Assembly: GCA_048816425.1 (NCBI GenBank)
Contig: JBMDZZ010000028.1
Location: 24,766-88,765 of the forward strand
Length of the DNA: 64,000 bases
Reading direction: 5' to 3'
From: Oligoflexus sp. FD111
GTDB lineage: Bacteria > Bdellovibrionota_B > Oligoflexia > Oligoflexales > Oligoflexaceae
The notes under the pieces are model-generated. The model did no database searches and was not told the origin of the DNA. It worked only from the letters and a program-made list of their open reading frames with translations. The first letter of the stretch is position 1. Every line of letters begins with the position of its first letter. Below are positions 8,819 to 21,100 of the stretch, in pieces. The position numbers and the translations under genes are program-made.

Positions 8819-9724
8819 TTGATTGTTGAAGACGAGCAGCAAGGGAAGAACCGTGCAGTTTATGGCAAGCAGCAGCTCCAGCAGCTCTCTGCCCAGCTTA
8901 TTAAGGACTTCGGAAAAGGCTTTAATATTAGAAACTTAAGCAATATGAGGTCATTCTATCAAACTTTTCCAATTTGGAACGCAGTGCGTACCGAATTGAG
9001 CTGGACCCACTATAGAGCCCTGATCCGGGTAGAAAACCCCCAAGCTCGCGCCTGGTGCATGCAAGAGGCTATTGAGCAAAACTGGAGTGCCCGTGCCCTT
9101 GAACGCCAAATTAGCGTTCTTTATTATGAACGCCTGCTTAGCAGTCAGGACAGACCGGCTGTAGAAAAAGAAGGGAGAGAAAAAACTGCGGCTTTGCAAA
9201 GCAACTCAAAAGAATACCTTCGCGACCCATACGTTCTGGACTTTCTCAACTTGCCTAGCGCCAGATATCTGGAGAGTGACCTCGAGCAAGCTCTAATTAA
9301 TAACTTACAAAACTTCTTGCTGGAACTGGGTAAGGGCTTTGCATTTGTCGACCGGCAGCAGCGAATTAGCACGGAAGATCAGGACTTTTATATTGACCTG
9401 GTATTCTACAACTTTAAGCTCAAATGTTTTATGTTGATCGACCTAAAACTAGGCAAGCTTAGCCATCAGGATGTTGGACAAATGGATACTTATATCCGCA
9501 TTTACGACCAGCACAAAAAGGGGAATGATGACAACCCCACCATCGGTCTGATCCTTTGTAGCCAGAAAAGCGAAGCGGTGGTGAAATACTCGGTGTTGAC
9601 AGACAGTCAGCAGCTTTTTGCGGCTAAGTATTTGTCGTACTTGCCAACTGAAGAAGAGTTGAAACGAGAGCTGGAAAAGGAAAGGGCGGAAATTTTAAAA
9701 AGCTTAGGTCAGGATAACGACTAA
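8819..9724 (+). CDS. YhcG/DUF1016-type PD-(D/E)xK nuclease family protein, apparently truncated at the N-terminus
   Basis: The ORF begins with TTG inside the conserved segment ...EDEQQGKNRAVYGKQQLQQLSAQLIKDFGKGFNIRNLSNMRSFY. The nuclease core reads FYIDLVFYNFKLKCFMLIDLKLGKLSHQDVGQMDTY. About 40-50 N-terminal residues expected for this family are missing. Confidence 0.6.
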   Translation: MIVEDEQQGKNRAVYGKQQLQQLSAQLIKDFGKGFNIRNLSNMRSFYQTFPIWNAVRTELSWTHYRALIRVENPQARAWCMQEAIEQNWSARALERQISVLYYERLLSSQDRPAVEKEGREKTAALQSNSKEYLRDPYVLDFLNLPSARYLESDLEQALINNLQNFLLELGKGFAFVDRQQRISTEDQDFYIDLVFYNFKLKCFMLIDLKLGKLSHQDVGQMDTYIRIYDQHKKGNDDNPTIGLILCSQKSEAVVKYSVLTDSQQLFAAKYLSYLPTEEELKRELEKERAEILKSLGQDND

Positions 9725-9990
9725 ACGACTTCACTGCTCGTTGCATGACGACTGGGTCTCGCTTAAATCTGATATGAAAGAGTCAATTGCTTCAAATTAA
9801 TGTGAACGAGGAGTATGTGATAGGTGACCTGAATGGTATTGGGATCACTTGAGCCGGGACTTACTTCGCAGCAGTCTTCCAGACATGCCTTGAGTTCTTG
9901 CAAGAATTCGGTGCACAGAAAGGCCTAAGTTTGGGCTTGGATTGCCTGATCATTTCTTTAGGGACGGGGCATGAGTCCTAATGGCTTTAA

Positions 9991-10035
9991 GATACAAATA
10001 TACCACAAAAAGTCAATATGTGGTAATATTGTATC
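9991..10035. promoter_or_regulatory. 17-bp imperfect inverted repeat upstream of abiEi (candidate autoregulatory operator)
   Basis: GATACAAATATACCACA (9991-10007), then 11 nt, then TGTGGTAATATTGTATC (10019-10035). It lies 27 nt upstream of ATG 10062, which has a GGAG RBS. Confidence 0.5.
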
Positions 10036-10061
10036 ACCATTGCTGAAAGAAGGAGTAATTT

Positions 10062-10640
10062 ATGGGGGCTACGAAGCCATTACTTGCGAAATTAAAGTCC
10101 AGGAAGGTCATGAAAGCCTCTGAGTTAGCACCCTACATTTCCACGCGCACACAATTACGACGTATGGTGGAGGCGGGTAAGCTCATAGCGCTTGGATCTG
10201 GAATCTATGCACATCCTACCTTAGACCCTTTCACAGCATCGCTCATTGCAGCTGCGAAATACTACCCGACAGCCGTAATTTCAAATATTACAGCATTAGT
10301 CATTCACGGATTATCAGATGAAAGGGTCGATCGCATCGATGTCGATATTCCTAGAAACTCTTCAATACGCAATAGACTTCTTTGTACTCATCGTGTGCCG
10401 GATCACAAGATCGTTGGCGCAATAAAACTAGACTATAATGGTCATAAAATCCGAGTTTATTGCCAAGAGCGGGCTCTTTGTGATGCTTACCGAATAGACC
10501 CAGATGGCCCAATTTTTTTGAAGGCGATGAAAAGATATGTCAAAAATGGTGGGACTAATGCTGACCTCATCGCAGAATACGACGAAGTTGTCTCAACGAA
10601 TGTACTTCGATCTTTAAGACAGGAGCTAGCTGATGGCTAA
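10062..10640 (+). CDS. abiEi: AbiEi-family type IV toxin-antitoxin antitoxin
   Basis: 192 aa. The N-terminal wHTH reads MKASELAPYISTRTQLRRMVEAGKLIALGSGIYAHP. There is an 8-nt overlap with the downstream nucleotidyltransferase gene. Confidence 0.85.
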   Translation: MGATKPLLAKLKSRKVMKASELAPYISTRTQLRRMVEAGKLIALGSGIYAHPTLDPFTASLIAAAKYYPTAVISNITALVIHGLSDERVDRIDVDIPRNSSIRNRLLCTHRVPDHKIVGAIKLDYNGHKIRVYCQERALCDAYRIDPDGPIFLKAMKRYVKNGGTNADLIAEYDEVVSTNVLRSLRQELADG

Positions 10641-11412
10641 GAAAAAGAAAACATTTCTTGCTCTGGCCCGATCTTGGATTTCGCGAAATCAATTATATGG
10701 GCCGCACGCTTTCTTGCGATTTGTTATGCTGGCCTATGTTCAACGTCTTAATGAAATAACCGACGAGTTTGTTTTCAAGGGTGGGAATTTATTGTGGCTC
10801 TACATCAAAACACCTCGTTCAACCGTTGATATCGACTTTGTTACTAGGTCGCTTGCTAATCATCAGGAAGTTAGGAATAAGCTTGAAGAGGTATGCCAAA
10901 AATCGGACGGGAATATTCAGTTTTCCATAAAATCCTTCGAACCGGTTACACAGCAGGGAACCATTGGTGCAGCGGTTACAATTCGCTATGTTACTTCTGA
11001 AGGCCAAGAAAACACGTTCGATTTGGATATAGTCTATGCAATTTCATCTTCAATCACAAAAATTGAGTCTCCAATTGATGCCGAAGATCCCATTTATGTT
11101 GCAACTATCGAAAACATTATTAGTGACAAAATCGCAGCATGTCATCGTTTCAAAAGTGGCAACACCAGAATGAAGGATTTTGATGACCTGTGGAGGATCG
11201 CAATGTTTCAGCCGAGTCCGGTGAGATGGGATTTGCTTCGAGAAATACTGGATTCAAGAGCAATATCACCTTTCCTAGACAAGGACTAGATTAATTCGCA
11301 AATGGAGAGATCCTGGAAAGCTCATATTAAACGAAATAAAGGCCTTCCGGCCGATCTTTCGCTCCTAATGGATACTGTCAATAATTGGCTTAAAGCAGGC
11401 CTAGATCAGTAA
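10633..11412 (+). pseudogene. abiEii: AbiEii/DUF1814 nucleotidyltransferase toxin gene interrupted by an in-frame TAG (11287-11289)
   Basis: FVFKGGNLLWLYIKTPRSTVDIDF is the NTase motif. After the TAG the same frame continues for 40 codons (INSQMERSWKAHIKRNKGLPADLSLLMDTVNNWLKAGLDQ) to the TAA at 11410-11412. That segment aligns with KKQWAAFIKRNRAIDIPVSFVEVANAISKFVEP in the second AbiEii. Confidence 0.75.
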
Positions 11413-12064
11413 AGATTAATTCTATTTATGAATTACTGTGCTTGAAGGTTTTCAGGGGCTATTATCATGAAGCTTATAGTATTTCGAAATTTTCAATAAT
11501 CGGTAGCGAATGCATTCTGGGATTAGCTACCGAATTCCGGCATGCTATGTTCACTAAGCGGCAGCAATGTCGAAGTTGAGTTAACTTAACTCTGCATCCG
11601 TTTTTTCCGGGGAAGCTCACAGGATGATATACTGATCTTTGGTCATGGTTCCACTTCTCCTGATAAGATTTTTGTGTGGTAACTTCAATCTTACCGAAGG
11701 GAACCTGACCAACCTCTAGGCAGAAACTACCTGATGTAAATGCTTTTCTAAACTACACCATATCAATCTTTACTTCTATCAGCATGATTTCACATAACCA
11801 ATAATAGCTCAGCGTCTTGTCGGATGTTCTTGTAGAACATTATTTTCTTCCAATAGATATTGGGTCACATCCACTTGATAAGAACGATCTGGTGAATAAA
11901 GTGAAGCCGTTTGATATTTAAGCTGCAAATATCATTGCATTAAATATGTTTTTTATGGTTTTCGCAATATTCTGTTGATAGCAGTGTCCTCCCAATGTAG
12001 AACCGCCTTTTACTAAGCTATTTTGGCATTAAATTCCAGATCCCTAACTTTTGCGGGTAAGCCA

Positions 12065-14014
12065 ATGCGATCTTCACATATTAATATGTTGATTCTATTT
12101 ACTTTTTTTTATCACTTTGGGTGCGGTAAACACAAAGTAGGCGATATCAATCAGCCTATTGACCCTCATAAGGAAGAAAGCCAATTTTTTATCAAAGGCG
12201 ACGTCAACGAGCTGATCGAAGGCACATCACAAAACAGCACTTCGTTTATCACCTTAGAAAATATGAAGTCTTTTGAAGGATTCACGATTGGAAAGACCTA
12301 TGGTTTTATTGAAAAACGCCCCCTTGAAGATAGTGAAAATCTAGTTGTTGATAATCAGCTTACAGAACCTGAACCATTACTTGCAGCAATCAAAAATTCA
12401 GAGATCTTTTTTGATGAATGGAATTACAAGTTTCACGATTTGGGTGACGGTAAGTACGAATACAAAGCACCAGAATCACCACTTGGTACTTTTATTTTCC
12501 AGGAAACCAATGAACGCTTAGAGCTCATTGATATTACGGGCGATGATTGGACTATGGATATCAGTCGCATCGTTCACTATAGCGTCACCCCTGAAATGGA
12601 TGCGTTTTCGATTCTTCTTGAAACAGAAAGTGTCAAAAGCGGAAAAGCATTGGTGGCCTACTATTTCTATCAGCTAGCAAAAGACGAAGAAGATTATTTT
12701 GGATTCTACGATGGTAGCGGGCATAAGTATTCGGATATGACTGCGGATAATATGCCTTGGAAGAAGAATATAAGCTTTGAAATTTGTGGAAAGAAGGCTC
12801 AGGACTATAAAGACACTATTAAAAATGCAATCTCTGCCTGGGACAATGGTTATCCATCTGGATCAATCGGCTGGTTGCGCTACGATATAAAAGAGAATCT
12901 AAACCCTCCACCTTTTACCGACTTGAATCATCACTGCATTTTTGTTGCCGATAATTATAGATTCGAAGATTCTGAAAACAACCAAATCCTAGGAATTGTA
13001 TTTTCACTTCAAAATCGCAGTAGAAAACATATGGTGGCTGCATCAGCATTTATTCCGACCCCGAAAGATCCAGGACACTATGAAAAGATGCCTTTTGAAT
13101 CAGTGATCATTCATGAAATTGGCCATATGTTAGGCCTCGGCCATGAATTAGATATTGATGAAAATCGTAAGCCTTTTGTTGATTCTGTTATGGGATACTT
13201 CGGTATCACAAAACCAACAGATTGGGATTTCGAGGCCATCAACCGTCTTTACACGTTTCCCTATAGCAATCGTGAGTCCATTGTTGATCTAAAGACTCAC
13301 ATTAAAATACCGAATTCTTTGAATGACAAATTATCCATCGTTTCTGCAAATGGAAAAACTGGAACTGCCTGGCTGGATTTGCGACCTCAGCCAAATGAAT
13401 CAGACATTAGAGTGAACCAACGCTACAGGCGCCTTGAACACATTCCGGTAAAGATTGAGAATATAAGCGATGAACACTGGTGTTTTCCATCACTGGAGAT
13501 GTCTGCATCTGATCTATCAGGTAAGGAAACCTTTCATATTCCAATTGAGTTACTAAGCCGAAATCTTTACCAAACGGATGAAGGACTTGTCTCCCATTGC
13601 CTTGAACCAAAAGATGTCGGTTATTTTCAGGTCGATCTCAAGGACCTATACATCAATATGAATAAAATTGTAAATCTTGGAATTTCTGAAGGTGAGGCCG
13701 CCTCTTTCAAAACTGATAAAAATTCAATTTATCATGGACTAAAAACAGAAATATCATGGTTGGAAAATAAGAATATATTTTCAATTGGATTTTTCGAAAA
13801 ACAACCTTCTACCGTCTTAAGTTATGACGTGCGTGCTGCTTACGGCATAAAGGGTCAATTTGATAAGCTTTTAAAAAGACATACTTCTGCAGAATTTCTA
13901 TATAGTGGTGAGTCATATTTAAGATATCCGGCTCTCAAGAATGACAATAATCCCAATAATTATCACTTCTTATTTAAAGTTTCAAAAACAAAGGATTACG
14001 AGGTAGGACTATGA
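12065..14014 (+). CDS. metzincin-type zinc metalloprotease, probable lipoprotein
   Basis: The motif HEIGHMLGLGHE (HExxHxxGxxH) has a downstream Met-turn, DSVMGY. The N-terminus MRSSHINMLILFTFFYHFGC has a lipobox-like Cys. I chose the start at ATG 12065 rather than the alternative start at 12023 in the ORF track. Confidence 0.8.
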   Translation: MRSSHINMLILFTFFYHFGCGKHKVGDINQPIDPHKEESQFFIKGDVNELIEGTSQNSTSFITLENMKSFEGFTIGKTYGFIEKRPLEDSENLVVDNQLTEPEPLLAAIKNSEIFFDEWNYKFHDLGDGKYEYKAPESPLGTFIFQETNERLELIDITGDDWTMDISRIVHYSVTPEMDAFSILLETESVKSGKALVAYYFYQLAKDEEDYFGFYDGSGHKYSDMTADNMPWKKNISFEICGKKAQDYKDTIKNAISAWDNGYPSGSIGWLRYDIKENLNPPPFTDLNHHCIFVADNYRFEDSENNQILGIVFSLQNRSRKHMVAASAFIPTPKDPGHYEKMPFESVIIHEIGHMLGLGHELDIDENRKPFVDSVMGYFGITKPTDWDFEAINRLYTFPYSNRESIVDLKTHIKIPNSLNDKLSIVSANGKTGTAWLDLRPQPNESDIRVNQRYRRLEHIPVKIENISDEHWCFPSLEMSASDLSGKETFHIPIELLSRNLYQTDEGLVSHCLEPKDVGYFQVDLKDLYINMNKIVNLGISEGEAASFKTDKNSIYHGLKTEISWLENKNIFSIGFFEKQPSTVLSYDVRAAYGIKGQFDKLLKRHTSAEFLYSGESYLRYPALKNDNNPNNYHFLFKVSKTKDYEVGL

Positions 14015-15153
14015 AAAAAACAAAGTACCTATATGCCATTGGCATATTACTAATCTCATCCCAGCTTTATGCTCAACAAGAAGATTTACTAAGTGAGAAT
14101 AGATCACTTGAAATCTCATCAATTGAGGAGCTTCGCGAAGGCTGTAAGGAAACGATCTATAACCCAATCGATTTATATGCACCGCGCTCCGTTGCCACAG
14201 ATTTTGGTGTTGATGAATACTTTAGCTGTCTTTACCTTGATCCTCTTGTGTTAGATCCGAACGTTTACCTATATGAAAACAAAGCACACGTTGCAAAATG
14301 GACTGTTGCCAATAATTCTAAGGATAAAATTTATCGTTGCGTAGTTAATGGTGGTGCATTTAGGTCAGTAAAATTTGATGCTATTGCCAACTATGCCGAT
14401 TGCACCAATCCACATCAACTTGCACCTGAATCCATTCTTACACAAGATGAAATTGATGTTCAGCCAGGGGAAATCAAATCACTAAGTAGAGGACTTGATG
14501 TCGAAAATAGAAAAATCTGTTCAATTGAAGGATCTATCAGCTGCCAAGAAATTGAATGTATCGAGGATGGCCCACTTCCGGATAAATTTATTGATCTTGC
14601 ATCGATTTCAGGGATGATTGTGGAAGGTTCAGCCTGTAGCAGAAGAAAAGAAATTAGAACATGTGCTAATGGAAAAATACAAACCAAGCTTGATCATAAT
14701 GATGAGTATGTTGGAATCTATGCTAAAGATTCATCAGGTAATCTTTATTGTGAAAAGACGATTCGTTGTATTGCAGGGAATGAAACGTATACAGTTGGAA
14801 AAGGGTATAGCGAAACTTTTCCCGTCAGATTTACAGGAACTACTCTTAACACGCCTTGCGCTCAATCAAGGGAAACCTTTACTTGTGGCTCAGATGGTCG
14901 TTTTTCTAATTCTGGTTCTCAACCCCTTTTAAGTGGCTATCGCTCAAATTCAGGCAAATGCCTCACTAAAAGGTCTTGCACCAACGGAAAAGACCATGGT
15001 TACCAATCACCGCGAGTTAATAAATATTGTGGCCGGTACCTATATGAAGAAACCTGGGAAACATGCAATGACGGAAAATATGAGTTCAAACGACATCGTC
15101 ACAGACCCTGCGATACTAGTGGTGGTCTTCCTATCCCTGGTCATGCAATTTAA
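14011..15153 (+). CDS. secreted cysteine-rich repeat protein of unknown function
   Basis: The signal peptide is MKKTKYLYAIGILLISSQLYAQQ. A Cys-framed motif recurs: RTCANGK, FTCGSDGR, RSCTNGK, ETCNDGK. ATGA overlaps the metzincin stop. Confidence 0.6.
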   Translation: MKKTKYLYAIGILLISSQLYAQQEDLLSENRSLEISSIEELREGCKETIYNPIDLYAPRSVATDFGVDEYFSCLYLDPLVLDPNVYLYENKAHVAKWTVANNSKDKIYRCVVNGGAFRSVKFDAIANYADCTNPHQLAPESILTQDEIDVQPGEIKSLSRGLDVENRKICSIEGSISCQEIECIEDGPLPDKFIDLASISGMIVEGSACSRRKEIRTCANGKIQTKLDHNDEYVGIYAKDSSGNLYCEKTIRCIAGNETYTVGKGYSETFPVRFTGTTLNTPCAQSRETFTCGSDGRFSNSGSQPLLSGYRSNSGKCLTKRSCTNGKDHGYQSPRVNKYCGRYLYEETWETCNDGKYEFKRHRHRPCDTSGGLPIPGHAI

Positions 15154-15173
15154 GAAAATTTTTAGGTAATGAA

Positions 15174-18100
15174 ATGAACAATATCACAGGTCTCATAGTT
15201 TTAGTCACATACATGCTTTTTTCAGTAAGTGTAAAAGCTGAAAGCGTTGGCGCGTTGCCAGGTTCTTTAGATGTCACGCAAACTGGAGACCTGCGATATC
15301 AAATTCCCATTGATCTGCCTCAGGTTGGAAATGGTTTTAGTCCGCAATTAGGGTTCGGATACAACAGCCTGTCCCCTGCTACATTCTTAGGCCTGGGGTG
15401 GTCATTTTCTGGTATCTCAGAAATTAGACGATGTGCCGCAACAGAAGATCAAGACGGTTTCCAACATCTTCAGAACTTGTCAGTAAAAGATCGATTTTGT
15501 CTTGATGGTCAAAAGTTAATTGCTAATGGCGCTGAGAATTACGGCAAACCAAACAGTGAGTATAGAACGTTTAGAGATTCTTATAGAAAAATCTTGTTAG
15601 ATGAAAATCTAAACTTTTTAGTATTTGATCGATCTGGAGAAATCTCAACCTATGAACCAATTGGGGACGGCCCAACCCATTGGCGGATTCGTGAACACGC
15701 AGATCGCCATGGTAACTATATTAGTTTTCAGTATGCGAAATCCAGTGATACCCCATATATTGATAGCATACCTTTAAGTATAGACTTTGGTGGAAATCGG
15801 ACGTCTGGGCTTTCGCATTATCGATCGGTAAGGTTTGAATATGAAGAACATCATCCGAACGATATCCTCTATCGTTTTGGCAAGGCCTATAAGAGATCGC
15901 CATTATTGAAAAAAATTGCGATTTATTCCTACGAAAACAAAATTTGGGATTATAGATTTCAATATAGGATCGGTCTATCGAAGCAGCTGACATTTCTAGA
16001 ATCAGTGACAAAATGTGTCAGTGACGATGATTGTTTAAAACCCAGTAAATTTGAATACGACAACGACGACAGAGGCGAACCATTTTCTACAAATGGCTTT
16101 CTGAACATATTAGATTCGACAAACCCTGGAGCAACTTGGACAAGGACGACCAGCGTACGCACATTGATTGATCTTAACAAAGATGGCCATCTGGATTTTT
16201 TTGGAATGCGTCCCTTTAAAATGATCATGGCTTACGGAAGCCCAGATGGTTTCTCAGAAGTTCGAGAAATTGAAAGCGAGCTTGCCTATAGATGGCAAGC
16301 TGCACGTTCCCCAGTCAGTTTCGGAGACATCGATAGAGATGGCTACTCCGACATCATTATTTTTACTCCTGACGAAGTTCGGATCGGTTATGGCGATGGC
16401 GAGAGCTTTCCAGACATACTAACGTTTAAAGACCCTGAGCTTGATATGGCCAAAAAGCCTGCTCACGATCAAAACTCACGCTTCCTACAGGATTTTAACA
16501 ACGATGGAATTCTTGATATCCTTGCGATCAATGCAGTAAGTTACACACTTTACATAGGTACAGGTGATCGTGACCGTCCTTTCAATGAAGGTATCACCAC
16601 ACGAAGTGACTTAGGGCATATACCTGCCGATCCAAGGCAGAACCCAAGACATATTATTGATTTAAATCGTGATGGCTTTCCCGATCTTCTCGTTTTCAAA
16701 AACGACGCGGTTGTTGTCGCCTTGGGTTCAGAAACGGGGTTTTTGGAACCAGAGGCTTGGAGTACAGATTTTCTACCAGGGAAAGGCTGGCTCGCTGGAA
16801 ATTCCAGAAGATTTTTCGCCGATGTCAATGCTGATGGCATCCCTGACATTGTAGGCAATAAGCATGACGGGGTTTGGGTAGCTCTTGGAACAGGCTATGG
16901 ATTTGAGCCTGTTAGCTTATGGCTTTCTTATTTCAGAAGGCAAGATGGTTGGTTTCCAAATAGCAATTTTCTAGTTTCCTTTGATGTCAATGGCGACGAT
17001 ATTGCTGATTTTGTCGGCTTTACAGCTCGGAAAATCATCGTTGTGCTTGGCAACGGTGCGTCCCTGTCTTCGCCTGATGGACGAATTTTCGAATACAGCC
17101 TACCCGACAGAACAAGTTGGGACTTTAAAAACGATCTCGTAAACTTTCTAACTGATTTTGATAATGGCCGGCATGGCCCCATTCTTCATACGAGGATGGG
17201 GGACCTGTATTTACGAAACAACAGTCCCAAGAACCTTTTAAATCGCATTACTGATGCCTATGGAAGACAGCACTTGATTGAATGGTCTTCAAGCCTTGAC
17301 CCTGCGATCTATCGTGAAAGTTTCTCTCAGGACTATCCTATTCGGTCCTTAGCTGCCCACAGACCACTCGTTTCTTCAATCCAAAAAACTAACGGTAATG
17401 GTGGTTTAAACAGAGTTAGCTACAAGTATTACGATGGCAAACTCAGTATTCGAGGTGGAGGGTTTCTGGGTTTCGCCAAGGTTGAAGAAACCGATCATGC
17501 ATCGCGAAATCTATCTATTAAACACTACCTTCAAGGCAACATGCCACCAACTCTAGGTCTGCCATCTAAGGTTGAAAATTTTCAGATTATTAAAGGAGAA
17601 AAACGCCTCAAAAGACGCATAAATTACGAATATAGGGTGCGTTCTGACAACAATGGCTACTTCCAGATATATCCGGAATCAATCCTTACTGAAACCTACG
17701 ATGAAAATAAGCAGCTTCTAAGCCAAATGTCAGTAACTGAAGTCCAGGATGTGGTTGGTAATCAACTTTCTTCCAAGACGACAATCACAGATCGCTTTGG
17801 AAGCTATGTAACAGAAATCACCAATCAGTTTGACGAAGATAATTACGAGAATTGGCTAATCGGAAGAGTTACCTTTGCCCAATCTAAAACCCGTGGCCCC
17901 CATGGGCCTGAAATTACTCGTAAGGCGAAGTTTAGTTATGATCAGGAAACCGGAGAAATAATAAAGGAAACTAAATATTCGGGTAGCGATGATGAGCTAA
18001 CAAAGACATTTGCCTACGATCCCGTTTTTGGGCATATCATCACGCAAACTACACGGCTAAAAAATTTCAGCGGCTTTTCAAAGTCCGATATAATCGCTCG

Positions 18101-21100
18101 CTATGAATTCGACGAGCTAGGATTTTTAAAGGCATCTATAAATGCCAAAGGACATAGGACGCATTATAGCTACCACAATGATTTTGGCACTAGGATTCGA
18201 TCAATCGACCCCAATGGCCAAAGCTCGAATATTGACTATGACATGTGGTCGAGAGTTCGCTCAGAATGGACTTCACACGGAAGCTCTTCAAATGTTAGCT
18301 GGGAGTATTGCGACGAGATTAATGGTAGTTGTGAGAAAAATGAGATCATTAAACAAATATCATCAGCAAATGATGGTAGTGAATTGATTAATTATCTTGA
18401 CAGGCTGGAACGGGTTGTACGCGAAGAGACCCTCAACTTTGATGGTAAGCGTGTTTTCAAAAGGTTTGGATTTAGAGATAATGGACTTCAGGAAAAAACA
18501 TCTAAGCCATTTTTTGAAGGGGATTTGGTTTACTGGACGCAGATCGATTATGATGACTACAATCGCGTTGCTATGGTCGAAAACCCCGATGGATCGAAAA
18601 AAAGATTTCGATACCAGGGTTTTGAACGCATCGAAATAGATGATCTAGGTCATGAAACAAGATATCTAACCAACGCTCTGAAGCAGACTCTTTTGGTTAC
18701 AAATGCTAAAGGCGAAAAGGTTAAATACACTTACGATTCCAGAGGTAATCTCACCAAAATCCTAAACCCGGCTGGTCAGCTTACAGAGCTTTTCTATGAT
18801 GAACACGGTAGGATGATCCTTCTTGATGACCCCGCCGCAGGAGTTAGCCGAAAATATTACAACAGCCTGGATATGGTATATCGTTCCCAAGATGCTGACG
18901 GGATCGAAGTTACCTATGGCTTTGATAACCTAGCTCGAAAAGTATCTAAAACTTACTCAAAAGTTGGCAAAATTCTCTCGCAAGAAAGCTGGATTTATGA
19001 CGAGTCGGAAAATGGTATTGGCCAATTATCAGTCGCAAGTAAAGGCAGCTACTCACAAAGCTACCAATATGATGCGAAAGCAAGAATTAAGTCTCTAGCG
19101 ACAAGTTTTGCGGGTCAAAGTTATTTTGATACATATATTTATGACGAGCTTTCTCGGCTTAAGGAAAAAAACTTTGCAAGCGGCGAACATACAGCATATC
19201 AATACGGTCCCCATGGGGATCTGATCGAGATCACTGATAAGCTTCAAAAAAATACGTTATGGTCGTTAAATGAAACCACCGCAAGTGGATCTATCATCGG
19301 CTATAATCTGGGAAAAAATATTTCTATCAAAAATGAATTTGATCCCAAAACAGGACTTCTTCGTTCGACTCAGGCTAAAAATAGCACCGATGCCTTACTC
19401 CACGATTTGAGCTTTGATTTTGATAGTCTCGGAAATCTTCGTGAAAAAAAGGACCAACTAGCAGGCCATCGGGAGTTTTTTGATTATGATCAACTGAATC
19501 GACTCATTGTTGCAGGTTCCAATCTGTTTGGTGAGGAAAGCTATCGATACGATGTACTTGGAAATCTCATTGAAAAGAATAGTTCGTTAAGTCATCTAAG
19601 CCTTAGCTATCAAAGTAATTGTGGCGGCACTACAAATGGACAGAAGTTATGCTATCTTTCAAAGACTAGCTCGACGGGGGCAACAGAAAAACGGAACTTT
19701 TCCTATGACAAATCTGGTAAAATCTTATCAGACGGTGTGCGCAGATTCGAATATGCCCCGGGTGGCAAGCTTTCTAGAGTCGATAGCGTCGGAAAAACAA
19801 CCGGTTTTGTCTATGGCCCTGATGAGCGCCGCATCGAACGCTTTGATGAATTAGGCGGTGACACCACCTTAACACGCTATGTTGGTGATGGATCAGAGCT
19901 TAGCATCAAAGATGGAGAGAGTGTTTGGCGAACGGCTATAGCTCCTGGTGTTATCGCTACTAAAACTGCCAACGCGCGCAAGTTACATTTCCAGCTTACC
20001 GATCATCTTGGCAATATTTTAAAAGTTGTTGATGAGTCTGGAATAATCACTGAGCGCTACGATTACGATCCCTGGGGAGCTAAGCGCAAAGATGCCTTTA
20101 GTGTGGACGAAATTTTCGCGCGCACGAGCTTGCGTGGCTTTACTGGTCATGAACAGATTGATTCACAAAACCTCATCCATATGAATGGCCGGGTGTATCA
20201 TCCTGAAATAGGAAGATTCACTAGCCCTGACGCCTTTATTCAGGATAGTTATAACCTGCAAAGCCTTAACCGATATAGCTACGTTTGGAATAATCCCCTG
20301 ACCAATACTGATCCAAGCGGACATTTTTCTATCGGAAACTTCCTTGGCGGGCTAGCAGGATTTGTCACCGGCTTGGGTGATATGTTGGGAATCAATAGCG
20401 GTCTTGAACGCCTTTCCAGTTGGACTTATGCCAATCGAAGACAAATATACTCTGTAGCGATCATGGCAGCAAGTTGGTACGCAGGTGGATATTTTGGTGC
20501 CATGGAGCCGTGGCTTATGGCAGGTGGCTTTACTTCAGGCTATGTAGCCTCAGACGGAGATGTGGGCGTTGCCATGGTCTCACTTGTCACCGCCGTAGCC
20601 TTTTATGGAGTTGGGGAGGGCTTTCAATCGCCCTATTGGGCAGGCAGTCAACTAGCCGCCCCAGCTAAAGTTGCAAGCCATGGTTTTGTTGGCGGTTCAA
20701 GTTCGGTTCTTTTGGGCGGAGATTTTGAAAGCGGGTTTATGAGTGCGGCGGTCTCGGAAGCCTTTACTCAGTTTGGTACATATGAGGCTCTTGGTGCCAA
20801 AACTAGTGATTTAGGAATTGCCGATGTTGCCTGGAACGCTGTTGTTGCAGGCGCTGTAGGTGGAACAGTTTCTCGAATCACTGGTGGAAGCTTTGAGAAT
20901 GGATTTGCGACGGCTGCCTATGGAAGACTTTTTAATGAACTCTATCACCTGGGTAAACCCCATGATGAGGCCATTACTGTCTACGATGACGAAATAGAAA
21001 TTTGTACTGGTGATGGCATAAAGCATGCTGCTGTAGGGAAAATTTATCGCTCGGGTCTGGCTCTAGAAGATGATATTGTTACAGAAATTGTTGCAACGGG

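Noticed and set aside
14618-15169. ORFs at 14618-14932 and 14933-15169 in alternative frames of the Cys-rich protein gene.
   Set aside because: They overlap a frame that has a signal peptide, repeated Cys motifs and operon coupling. They have no independent support.
15721-17182. Several 60-100-aa minus-strand and alternative-frame ORFs in the track inside the large RHS genes (also 244-438 and 3312-3587 in the first RHS gene).
   Set aside because: They lie fully inside long, motif-rich coding frames and have no motifs or RBS. They are typical antisense or shadow ORFs.
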